Of a stretch of DNA of 64,000 nt, positions 21,319 through 30,139 are shown piece by piece. Location: contig CAWJKZ010000011.1 in the NCBI GenBank assembly GCA_963843575.1, positions 96,001-160,000 on the forward strand, given 5' to 3'. How positions within the stretch are numbered: position 1 is the stretch's first letter; each line of letters begins with the position of its first letter. This stretch comes from an uncultured Acidobacteriota bacterium (GTDB lineage Bacteria; Acidobacteriota; UBA6911). The notes under the pieces were generated by a model. It did no database searches and was not told the DNA's origin. It was given only the letters and a program-made list of their open reading frames with translations. The position numbers were made by a program, and so were the translations under genes.

Positions 21319-21428
21319 AGGTTCCGTCCATTTCCGTTGATTACGTGTGAAAGATTCACCTAGCCTGAGTCCGGTTTCGATCCGTGTCAAGACCTGGTCG
21401 ATAATCGTGGGTGGGCGAGTAGGTATCC

Positions 21429-21498
21429 AGGACGCTGATGCACGCGGATGCACGCAGATTGTGACTGATCTGCGTGCATCCGCGTCCATCCGCGTCCT
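21429..21498. repeat. Family B repeat, compact hairpin between divergent genes
   Basis: AGGACGCTGATGCACGCGGATGCACGCAGAT...ATCTGCGTGCATCCGCGTCCATCCGCGTCCT. Confidence 0.85.
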
Positions 21499-21601
21499 CA
21501 ACAATGTAGTTTTGCAGCATTCGGGATTAACGCTCGCCCCCGGGCCGGGGCTACAATCGTTGTGCCCTGTTTTCCCGTCTGCCAATTCGGAAGGAGCCTC
21601 T

Positions 21602-23032
21602 ATGTTCAAGACGATTGAGCGAAGAGAATTCCTGAGCCTGTCGATTGCGGGGTGTGCGTCGTGCCTGGCCGCGAGACGAGGATTCCCGGCCATCCAGGCT
21701 CCCGGAGCACCGCTGCTCGTAAGCCCCGGCTGCCGCAGGACGAAAGTCCGCGTCGCGAAGATCTATCTCGGCATCCCTCAAGCACTCTGGCCACACCCCA
21801 AGATGGATTTGCAGGACGAAATCCAAAGGTACGAGTCGGAGTTCACCCGCATGAAGCAGGAGTTCTCCGATATCGACTTCGTGGTGAACGACCTTGTGAC
21901 GCAAAAGGGCCAGATCGGCCGGATGGCAGACCGGCTCAAAGACGTCGACGGTATTCTCGCCATCCACCTCTCCATGGGGGTGAGGGAGATCCTGGCGGAG
22001 GTCCTGGCACTCAAGCGACCTGTGATGCTGTTCGCCGCTCCCTATTCCGGCCACGAATGGACATCTCTCGGAGCGCTGCGCAACGAGGAAGCCGGAGCGC
22101 TCCTGGAGTGCATCCTCAGCAGCAACTTCAACGACCTTGCCGTCGCCGTGCGGCCCTTCCGTGCGATTCACCACCTCCGGGAAGCGAAGGTCGTCAACGT
22201 TTCGACGCGCGCTCCCGAGGCGGGCTACTTGAAGTGGGTCTCGGAGCGGTTCGGCACCGAGATCAAGACGATCGGCCTGCAGCCGGTGATGGCCGCCTAC
22301 AATTCGATCGCCGATGCGGACGCCGAAGCCGAGGCCGGGCGATGGATCAGCCGGGCGGAGAAGGTCGTGGAACCTCCCCGCGACGAGATCTTCCGCTCCA
22401 GCAAGCTGGCGCTTGCCTTTGAAAAGCTGCTCAACGACGAGAACGCCACTGTCATCACCGTGGACTGCTACGGATCGATGTATCGCCGGCTCCCGGCGTT
22501 CCCGTGCGTCGGCTTTGTCAGGCTGAACGACATCGGGCTGGGAGGCATCTGCGAGTCCGATCTGAATTGTGCGATGACCCACATACTTCTCCAGGGACTC
22601 TCCGGGCGTCCGGGTTTCATCAGCGATCCGACGATGGACGAATCCGTCCAGGGGATCATCCTGGCGCACTGCCTGGGGAGCACGAGAATGGACGGGCCGG
22701 ACAAGCCCGCCGCCCCGTTCAAGCTGCGGACCATCATGGAACGCCAGGAAGGGTGCGTGCCGCAGGTGAGGATGCGCGTCGGGCAGAAAGTCACGCAGGC
22801 CCAGCTCGTCCAGGACGACAAGCTCCTGTACTTCACCGGGGACATCATCGAAACGCCGGATGTTGAAAAAGGCTGTCGCACCAAGATCACGGTGAAGATC
22901 GATGGCGACGCCGAAAAACTGTGGCAGCACTGGTCGCACGGCCTGCACCGGGTAACCGTCTATGGGGACTTGACCAGGGACTTGAAGCGTCTCTGCCGTT
23001 TCAAGGGCATCAACATGGTCAACGAGGCCTGA
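21602..23032 (+). CDS. L-fucose/L-arabinose isomerase-like protein with twin-arginine signal
   Basis: ERREFL Tat motif; ITVDCY, FPCVGF, CESDL, FISDP, LAHC, GCRTK, HRVTVYGD. Confidence 0.72.
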   Translation: MFKTIERREFLSLSIAGCASCLAARRGFPAIQAPGAPLLVSPGCRRTKVRVAKIYLGIPQALWPHPKMDLQDEIQRYESEFTRMKQEFSDIDFVVNDLVTQKGQIGRMADRLKDVDGILAIHLSMGVREILAEVLALKRPVMLFAAPYSGHEWTSLGALRNEEAGALLECILSSNFNDLAVAVRPFRAIHHLREAKVVNVSTRAPEAGYLKWVSERFGTEIKTIGLQPVMAAYNSIADADAEAEAGRWISRAEKVVEPPRDEIFRSSKLALAFEKLLNDENATVITVDCYGSMYRRLPAFPCVGFVRLNDIGLGGICESDLNCAMTHILLQGLSGRPGFISDPTMDESVQGIILAHCLGSTRMDGPDKPAAPFKLRTIMERQEGCVPQVRMRVGQKVTQAQLVQDDKLLYFTGDIIETPDVEKGCRTKITVKIDGDAEKLWQHWSHGLHRVTVYGDLTRDLKRLCRFKGINMVNEA

Positions 23033-23187
23033 AGCGGTCACGCGAGCGCACACAAACCTAGTGGGCCGCGTCGGCTCGACGCGGCTCCGGAACGTGTCGA
23101 ACCTCCCAAGTGCCCTCCTTTCATGGAAGGATGCCGCCGAAGCCTGTCACCCGAACTATAATGACGGCTCCTATCTCCGGAAGAAAT

Positions 23188-23370
23188 ATGAAGGCGATCC
23201 AGGCGGTGCGGTTTGTCCGCGGAGCGTTGACGGGGCACACGGCCCGGGCAGGGCCGTTCTTCGTCAACCTGGATGTAACGGACCGCTGCAACCTCCGTTG
23301 TCGCGGTTGCCGCACCCATTCCCTGGACGCCGCTGGCGCCGCAGCTCGGGCTGGAGGTGGGGAGCGATGA
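23188..23370 (+). pseudogene. Truncated radical SAM protein N-terminus
   Basis: LDVTDRCNLRCRGC (CxxxCxxC) followed by an early stop; TATAAT at 23157-23162 upstream. Confidence 0.7.
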
Positions 23371-23559
23371 AGTGTCCTTTTCGCCGCTTCTTGTCCACCG
23401 CGGGAGATTCAGCGCGGACGCACTCGAACCCGGGCAGGAGGCGACGCTCCGCCTGTTGCTGAACCGCCTGCGGAGGGACCTGCGCCGCGCGCCGCATACG
23501 ATCGTTACGGGCCGTTTCTGCCGGGGTCGTACTGTTCGGATACGGCGTTTCACCGGCGG

Positions 23560-23898
23560 ATGGCCCGCGACGGCCAGAAGGTCCTGATCGTCCCTGAATT
23601 GCTGATCTTTCACACGGTGCGGTACGGCCTGGGCGGGTTCCTGCGGCATATTGTCGGCCATCGGCGCAGCTATGCCCTCGTGAATGCGAGGGAGAAGGGT
23701 CTTACCGGGGGACGGAGGATCGCAGCGTCCGTTGCGGCCGGTCTCTCGCCGCCGCTCCTCCTGGGCGCCATTGCCTGGCGCGTGTTCAAGTCGCGGAAGC
23801 ACTGGGGCCAATTCGTCATGGCGTGCCCCGTCGTTCTGCTCGGCATCCTCGCCCGTGCCTGGGGTGAGGTGCTCGGCTATGCGCAGGGGCGTGCGTGA
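23560..23898 (+). pseudogene. C-terminal fragment of a family-2-like glycosyltransferase
   Basis: ...RHIVGHRRSYA...SPPLLL...AWGEVLGY resembles the membrane tail of GT2 proteins; no catalytic N-terminal domain is present. Confidence 0.5.
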
Positions 23899-26585
23899 CG
23901 CCTGCGGACCGGCTGAGGATATATACTGTGCGGGAGAGTATGCACGACCATGACGACCCCCGAATCGGAGGCGAACCGGGGACGCTCCTCGATCTCCTCG
24001 CCTTTGATGCTGCGGAGGGCACACGTGCGGCGATCCTGGGGCCCGGCCGAAAGGACCTGGCACGCGACCGCCTGCTGCCGCAGGTCGGGGCCGTCGTCGA
24101 ACGCCTGTATGCCCTGGGCGTCGGCCGAGGCGACCGGGTTGCAGTCGTGCTCCCCAACGGGCCGGACATGGCCGTGGCGTTCCTGGGCGTGGCCGCCGGC
24201 GCCGTCTGCGCCCCGCTGAATCCCGCCTACCGCGAACCTGAGTTCGACTTCTACCTGTCCGACCTCAATGCACGGGCCGTGATCCTGCCGGCCGGAACGG
24301 GATCTGCCGCCCGCGCCGCGGCACGAACCCGTTCGATCCCCGTGCTCGAGCTCTGCCTGGGCTCCGAGGCCGGCGTCTTCTCCCTCGACGGGGGCCCGAC
24401 AGCACGGAAGGTGTCGACCGGCCCCGCCGCCCCAGGCGACGTAGCGCTCGTCCTGCACACGTCCGGCACGACGTCGCGTCCGAAGATCGTCCCCCTCACC
24501 CACGCCAATCTCTGCGCCTCCGCCCGCAACATAGCGGTCTCCCTCGAACTGACCGCGACGGACCGCTGCCTGAACATCATGCCGTTGTTCCACGTGCACG
24601 GGCTGGTGGCCGCGTTGCTCGGGGCGCTGGGGGCAGGCGGCAGCGTCGTCTGCACGCCGGGCTTTGACGGCGAACGCTTCTCCGCGTGGCTGGACGAGTT
24701 CCAGCCCACCTGGTACACGGCCGTCCCGACCATGCACCAGGCCATCCTGGCCCGCGCGGGGGCGTTGGCCGACGCGCCGCCGCGATCATCCCTGCGGTTC
24801 ATCCGTTCCTGCTCGTCGGCCCTGCCGCCGCAGGTCATGGCAAGGCTCGAGGACCTGTTTGGCGTGCCTGTGGTCGAGGCCTACGGCATGACGGAAGCCG
24901 CGCACCAGATTGCCTGCAACCCGCTGCCGCCCCGGCCGCGCAAGGCCCGTTCCGTCGGCGTCGCGGCCGGACCCGACGTGGCGATCATGGACGCAGGCGG
25001 GAACCTGCTCGGACCGGAATCCACCGGCGAAATCGTTATCCGCGGCCCCAACGTGACCCCGGGCTACGAGAACAACCCGACGGCGAACGAGCGCGCCTTC
25101 ACCTCCGGCTGGTTCCGCACCGGCGACGAAGGGACGATCGACGCCGGCGGCTACGTCTTCATCACCGACCGCATCAAGGAGATAATCAACCGCGGGGGCG
25201 AGAAGATATCGCCGCGCGAGGTCGACGAGGCGCTCATGGATCACCCCGCCGTGCAGCAGGCGGTCGCCTTCGCCGTGCCGCACCCGCAGCTCGGCGAGGA
25301 CGTCGTCGCCGCCGTGGTGCTCCGGCCAGGGGTGTCAGCTACGGCCGCCGAGCTGCGGGAGTTCACGGCCGACCGCCTGGCAGCCCACAAGGTCCCGCGG
25401 CAGGTTTTAATGGTCGGCGAGATCCCGAAGGGACCGACCGGAAAGCTCCAGCGGATCAAACTGAACGACCTGCTCGGCGACCGCCTCAAGCCCGCCTACG
25501 TGGCGCCCCGGGACGCCGTCGAGGCACGACTGGAGGCGCTCTGGGGCGAAATACTTGGCGTCGAGCGCGTCGGCGTGCAGGACAACTTCTTCCTGCTGGG
25601 CGGCAGCTCACTCCCCGCAGCGCAGATGCTCGCTGGCGCCGCGGAAGAGTTCCACGTCGCCTTGCCTCTGGACCACTTCTTCCGGCATTCGACCCTGGGG
25701 GACCTGGCCGATGCCATTCGTTACGGACAAGGCGCCGGCCATGAGCCCGGCGGCGGCCTGGACGCGCTGCTCGGGCAACCGGTCGTTGTGCCCGTGCAGC
25801 CGAACGGGTCACGCCCACCGCTGTTCCTCGCCGTGACCGGACTCGGGTGGGAAGCCCGGCACGTGGCCAAGTACCTTGGCCCGGACCAGCCGGTCTTCGG
25901 CCTGCGCCCGACCGCCCTACTCGCCGACGCGCGCGGCGCGGCCGGCGCCCGGAACATTGCGGCGCACTATGTCGAGGCCATCCGCGGCGTTCGCCCGCAC
26001 GGCCCCTACTTTCTCGCCGGAGGGTGTGCCGCCGGCATCGTCGCGTTCGAAATGGGGCGGCAGCTCATGGAGTTGGGCGAGGACGTCCCGCTGGTCGTGC
26101 TCGTGGACGTCGATTACCCGCTCCCGGCCTGGGTGCCGACCGCCCTGGCCGTCAAACTCATGCGCCTGCCGCGCGAGTGGGCCAGGGTGCGGCGGCTGCG
26201 GCTGCGTCAGCAGTGGGAAAGCGTGACCCAGCATCTGAAGCGGTTCGCCGCCTGGATCGCCGACACCATACGGCCGGCGCCTTCGACTCCCGACCTGCAG
26301 AAGGAACTCTGGCGCCTGCGCGACTCCGTGTGGCGCTACACCCCGGCGGCCTACCCCGGACGCCTCGCCCTCCTGCTCCCGGAACAGACCGGTGTGTGGT
26401 TCCACCACGACCGCCGCCGGTACTGGCGGCGCATCGCGGGCGGCGGGAGCGAGATCCAGCCGATCCCGGGCGAGCACAGCGCTGCCCTGCAGGAACCCCA
26501 CGCTGCCGCCGCCGCCCGGGTCATCCGGGCCTGCATGGACAGGGCCCTCGCGGGTTCTTCGAGATCCACCGAGCCGTCGCGGTGA
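23895..26585 (+). CDS. NRPS-like A-T-TE protein with an oxalate-CoA-ligase-like adenylation domain
   Basis: HTSGTTSRPK, PLFHVHGL, FIRSCSS, YGMTEAAHQ, FRTGD, GPTGK; carrier motif NFFLLGGSSL; TE region GPYFLAGGCAAG...DVD...IPGEH. Confidence 0.88.
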   Translation: MTPADRLRIYTVRESMHDHDDPRIGGEPGTLLDLLAFDAAEGTRAAILGPGRKDLARDRLLPQVGAVVERLYALGVGRGDRVAVVLPNGPDMAVAFLGVAAGAVCAPLNPAYREPEFDFYLSDLNARAVILPAGTGSAARAAARTRSIPVLELCLGSEAGVFSLDGGPTARKVSTGPAAPGDVALVLHTSGTTSRPKIVPLTHANLCASARNIAVSLELTATDRCLNIMPLFHVHGLVAALLGALGAGGSVVCTPGFDGERFSAWLDEFQPTWYTAVPTMHQAILARAGALADAPPRSSLRFIRSCSSALPPQVMARLEDLFGVPVVEAYGMTEAAHQIACNPLPPRPRKARSVGVAAGPDVAIMDAGGNLLGPESTGEIVIRGPNVTPGYENNPTANERAFTSGWFRTGDEGTIDAGGYVFITDRIKEIINRGGEKISPREVDEALMDHPAVQQAVAFAVPHPQLGEDVVAAVVLRPGVSATAAELREFTADRLAAHKVPRQVLMVGEIPKGPTGKLQRIKLNDLLGDRLKPAYVAPRDAVEARLEALWGEILGVERVGVQDNFFLLGGSSLPAAQMLAGAAEEFHVALPLDHFFRHSTLGDLADAIRYGQGAGHEPGGGLDALLGQPVVVPVQPNGSRPPLFLAVTGLGWEARHVAKYLGPDQPVFGLRPTALLADARGAAGARNIAAHYVEAIRGVRPHGPYFLAGGCAAGIVAFEMGRQLMELGEDVPLVVLVDVDYPLPAWVPTALAVKLMRLPREWARVRRLRLRQQWESVTQHLKRFAAWIADTIRPAPSTPDLQKELWRLRDSVWRYTPAAYPGRLALLLPEQTGVWFHHDRRRYWRRIAGGGSEIQPIPGEHSAALQEPHAAAAARVIRACMDRALAGSSRSTEPSR

Positions 26586-26623
26586 ATCCTGCAGAATCGT
26601 CGACCTTGGGCCGGCGGGAAGCG

Positions 26624-26727
26624 CTTATCACGCGAAAACAGGGCCAAAAAGTGGAAATAAGACCTGTTTTGGGGTGGCTAAAACGAGTTAAATTGCCTAT
26701 TCGCAGCAATTATCGTGGTCCGTCCCC
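26624..26727 (-). repeat. Family A element (copy 2)
   Basis: CTTAT 26624, 28 nt, ATAAG 26657-26661, 55 nt, GGTCCGTCCCC 26717-26727. Confidence 0.88.
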
Positions 26728-27503
26728 TAAAGTTGCGGGCGCACCGTACCGATCTGAGTTGGGGGGGTGCGGTTTTGGAACCTGCCACTTTGAATTGCCC
26801 GAACTGCGGGGCGGCGGCGTCGCCGGACAGCACGAGGTGCGCCTATTGCCTCTCCACGCTCGCGGTGCTGGTCTGCGCGAAGTGTTTCGGCGCCATCTTC
26901 TCGGGCATGAAGCACTGTCCCTGGTGCGGGGAGGAGGGCGGGGCCGCGCGGCCCAAGGCGGATGGTGGGCTGAAATGCCCGCGTTGCGCGAAGCCGCTGG
27001 CTCACATCCAGCTCAACGAACACGGGCTCGCCGAGTGCCTGAGGTGCGGCGGGTTGTGGGTCGACAGCGAAACGCTGCAGAAGGTCTGCGCCACGGCCGA
27101 AGATCAGGAGGCGGTGCTCGCAATGGATCGGAGTGCCCTTCCCGTCGCACCTGAGGGAGCGAAACCCGGCCGAACCTATGTTCCGTGCCCCATGTGTGCG
27201 AAGCTGATGAACCGAACGAACTTTGCCGGCTGTTCGGGCGTGGTCGTCGATTGGTGCAAGCCGCACGGCAGCTGGTTCGACAAGGACGAGCTCCGCCGCA
27301 TCGTCGAATTCGTGCGCAACGGAGGCCTCAGGAAAGCGCGGGAACGCGAGAAAGAGCGGCTGAAACAGGAGAGTGACCGTCTGAAGGAGCAGCAGCGACA
27401 AGTCGCCCGGCTCGGCAGCGTCGACATTGCCGCTGCCAGGCAGGCGAACTCGGGCATGGACACGTTTTTCGAAGCCGTTACCCGAATGCTGGCCGACCGT
27501 TGA
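26715..27503 (+). CDS. Multi-zinc-ribbon protein (double zinc ribbon + two TFIIB-type ribbons); true start probably near 26775
   Basis: CPNC, CAYC, CAKC, CPWC, CPRC, CLRCGGLWVD, CPMC, WCKPHGSWFDKDEL. Confidence 0.82.
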   Translation: MVRPLKLRAHRTDLSWGGAVLEPATLNCPNCGAAASPDSTRCAYCLSTLAVLVCAKCFGAIFSGMKHCPWCGEEGGAARPKADGGLKCPRCAKPLAHIQLNEHGLAECLRCGGLWVDSETLQKVCATAEDQEAVLAMDRSALPVAPEGAKPGRTYVPCPMCAKLMNRTNFAGCSGVVVDWCKPHGSWFDKDELRRIVEFVRNGGLRKAREREKERLKQESDRLKEQQRQVARLGSVDIAAARQANSGMDTFFEAVTRMLADR

Positions 27504-27521
27504 CCGGCGGCCTCCCTCACC

Positions 27522-28835
27522 TCATCCTCGCAGCAAGCGATCCAGTGAAAGGATGCTCAGCATCAGCTGGCGCGGGGGATGGTAGTTGTCCTGCCGCGCC
27601 ACGTGGGGCTGCTGCACCATCTTGCGGCCTGAAAAGAGCATGTAACCGGCCTGCCCGAGCTTCCTGCGCGAGAATTTCTCGTCGATTACCCCCTGCGCCA
27701 TGCCGAAGAAGCGCGCCGCCCACTCGCTGCGCGTGCGCTCGAAGACCTTCACGCAGGCTACCAGGATTTCGTTGAGCGACCACAACGTCTTCATGTACTG
27801 GTACTCGCCGCGGAACCGGAACTCGAGGTCCGTGCCCACCGGCCGCTCAACAGGCCAGGCGTAGTCCCCCTGGTCGACGTTGACCCATTGCGACAGGCCT
27901 CCGTATACCCAGTCCCAACCCACTTCGATGTGGCGGCGGATGCGGTCCGCGCCGAGCTCCCACAGCTTGAGGTCGTTGGTGCGTGAGGCTTCGTCCATCA
28001 CCATCCAGAGCGTTTCGATGGAATGGCCCGGAATACACTTCGTCTCCTCTCCAGGCGGCCTGCTGAAGTCGTGGTTCAGGTTTTCGTTGTTCAGCCCGAT
28101 GTCGGGATTGTAGTGCCTGTTGATGACCGCGTCGACGGACTGTTGCGCTACCCGCTCGATCTCGGGGTCGCGCCACCGTTTGAGGAACTGGGTGGCGATG
28201 TTGAGGTTGACCATCCAGATCCCCTGCGGACGGCAACCCGGCCCCGGCGTGCCGGGCAGGACCACCGTGGGATCCTCGATGTGCCGGTGGAGCTTCCTGA
28301 TCAGCTCCACCGCCGTGCGGCGGGATTCTTCGTGCTTTGCGGCCCAGGCGTACTCGAGCAGCCCTTCGGCCACGAAATACATGCCGTAGACGTCGCCTTC
28401 GAATCCCCGGCGCACCTGCCCGTCGCGCGCCAGCATCTCCGCCCACCAGCCGTCGGCCTGCGGGGCGTGGCGCAGCACGAACCCCCGCGTCCGGGCCGCG
28501 ATCTCCAGGTGGCGTGGGTTTCTGCCGAAGTTGTTGTACAGGAAGCTGTAGACCCAGATCGCCCGTCCCTGGAACCAGAGCAGCTTGTCGGAGTGCACGA
28601 CCGTGCCGTCGTAGTCGAGGCCGTGCATGACGCCCCCGAACTCGTGGTCGACGCCGTGCCCGTCCCAAAACGGCAGCACCACCCCGAAGAGCTCGTCATG
28701 GTAGCGCTTGCGCAGTTGCGCGAGCGGCAGGCCCGCCAATCTGGCGCCTGCCTCGGCCGCGCCTGCAGCTCCGCCCCAGCTGAGCGGTCCCAGCAACCCT
28801 GCCCCCGCAGACCCGATGAATGTGCGGCGTTTCAT
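27522..28835 (-). CDS. AGE family epimerase (N-acylglucosamine 2-epimerase-like) with Tat signal
   Basis: MKRRTFIG; LPFW..HGVDHEFGG, KLLWFQGRAIW, PGHSIETLW, YHPPR. Confidence 0.85.
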   Translation of the reverse strand: MKRRTFIGSAGAGLLGPLSWGGAAGAAEAGARLAGLPLAQLRKRYHDELFGVVLPFWDGHGVDHEFGGVMHGLDYDGTVVHSDKLLWFQGRAIWVYSFLYNNFGRNPRHLEIAARTRGFVLRHAPQADGWWAEMLARDGQVRRGFEGDVYGMYFVAEGLLEYAWAAKHEESRRTAVELIRKLHRHIEDPTVVLPGTPGPGCRPQGIWMVNLNIATQFLKRWRDPEIERVAQQSVDAVINRHYNPDIGLNNENLNHDFSRPPGEETKCIPGHSIETLWMVMDEASRTNDLKLWELGADRIRRHIEVGWDWVYGGLSQWVNVDQGDYAWPVERPVGTDLEFRFRGEYQYMKTLWSLNEILVACVKVFERTRSEWAARFFGMAQGVIDEKFSRRKLGQAGYMLFSGRKMVQQPHVARQDNYHPPRQLMLSILSLDRLLRG

Positions 28836-28872
28836 TTCGGCGCCCCTCCAAAAGCGGCCGACTCTGCTCAAT

Positions 28873-29119
28873 CAAGTGGGTCCGGGCTTCAGCCCGGACG
28901 TTTTTTAATCTGATTTATGTGGCGACGGGCGCACGTTATAGCGACCGCAAACAGCGTCCGGGCTGAAGAGGCTGTTCAACGGTTGAACCGCCCGCCCTGC
29001 CCGTAAGACAAGTGGGTCCGGGCTTCAGCCCGGACGTTTTTTGATCTGACTTATGCGGCGACGGGCGCACGCTATAGCGACCGCAAACAGCGTCCGGGCT
29101 GAAGCCCGGACCCACTTGT
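28873..29119. repeat. Two tandem family C REPIN-like elements (first truncated at 28968)
   Basis: CAAGTGGGTCCGGGCTTCAGCCCGGAC...GTCCGGGCTGAAG(CCCGGACCCACTTG) at 28873 and 29009, with near-identical spacers. Confidence 0.9.
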
Positions 29120-29136
29120 ATCTTGTCCTCTTCCAG

Positions 29137-30081
29137 CTATCTGGTCTCCACGTTTCCCTTTGCGTCGACGGCTGCAATCCACTGGTCTTTCGCAATCTGG
29201 TGGAGATCCACGTGGTGCATGGCGTCGGCGTTCCAGCCCTTCGATGTGGCGCGGACCAGCGGCGCAGCCAGCATCTGTTCCCTGTATTTGGTGGTGCTTA
29301 TCTCGCCCACTCGGAAAGCAAAGGCCTGGTTGCCGTACGTGGGGTAGCAGTCCTGGCCGATCCGGTAGAGGACCCCGTCGATGACGACGGGTCTCCCCGC
29401 CGGTCGCGCGGTGTTCAGGTCTTTGACGACGGGGCTGAGCGGGTGCTCTCTCCACTTGCCTTTCAAGTCTTCCGCGAAAAACAGGCGCAATGTGTCGTTC
29501 CCGAGGCCTCCCGCGAACATCCACCAGAGGTCGGCGTACCGGACGACGGAGGGGCTGATGAAGACGTCGCCGGTGAGCAGGTCTCGTTCGTAGGTCCATT
29601 CATTGGGGAACGATCTGGCCCTGTACAGCCGGACGAACTTCTCGGTGTACGACTCCGGTATCATGTAGTAGTCGTTCTGCCATTTGAACACGTACGGGTA
29701 GGACAGTACGAAGGGCTCCTTCAAGACTATCCGTTTGTACTCCCACCTGAAGCCGTCTTTGCTTTCGGCCAATCCTATGCCCGATTGTTCTTTGCCCAGA
29801 TCGTTCTTGGCCGTGAAGAACATGTAGTACTTGGAGCCGGAGATCACCATGAACGGATGGGCGACGATGTTCACCTTCCAGTCGGTGACAGCCGCCGGCG
29901 TCAGCACCGGGTTTGCCACGCCAGCCGGCGCTGCAAGCTGAAACGGCGACGTGCCGGTGTAGATCCCTATGGACCAGATGTTCTCTGAGGCCGTCCGGGC
30001 TGTTTGGCTGCGGATCGGCGTGCCGGCCCAGGCGCACAGCCCGGCCAGCAAGGCGGAAACGGCAAGGAACCGGATCTTCAC
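29137..30081 (-). CDS. Secreted five-bladed beta-propeller glycosidase-like protein (GH43/GH32-like fold)
   Basis: Signal peptide; WSIGIY, NPVLT, VAHPF, LSYPYVF, YMIPES, EHPLSP, RPAG, QDC, MHHVD. Confidence 0.72.
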   Translation of the reverse strand: MKIRFLAVSALLAGLCAWAGTPIRSQTARTASENIWSIGIYTGTSPFQLAAPAGVANPVLTPAAVTDWKVNIVAHPFMVISGSKYYMFFTAKNDLGKEQSGIGLAESKDGFRWEYKRIVLKEPFVLSYPYVFKWQNDYYMIPESYTEKFVRLYRARSFPNEWTYERDLLTGDVFISPSVVRYADLWWMFAGGLGNDTLRLFFAEDLKGKWREHPLSPVVKDLNTARPAGRPVVIDGVLYRIGQDCYPTYGNQAFAFRVGEISTTKYREQMLAAPLVRATSKGWNADAMHHVDLHQIAKDQWIAAVDAKGNVETR

Positions 30082-30139
30082 GAAGCACCTCCAGTGATAT
30101 GTCCTCCACCGCCCCGGACCCGAAGACTGCAAAGCCTCC

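Noticed and set aside
18871-21363. 830-aa plus-strand ORF, and similar long antisense ORFs at 30218, 38645, 40114 and 46717
   Set aside because: They lie opposite recognisable genes, have Arg/Gly/Pro-rich shadow composition, and contain no motifs.
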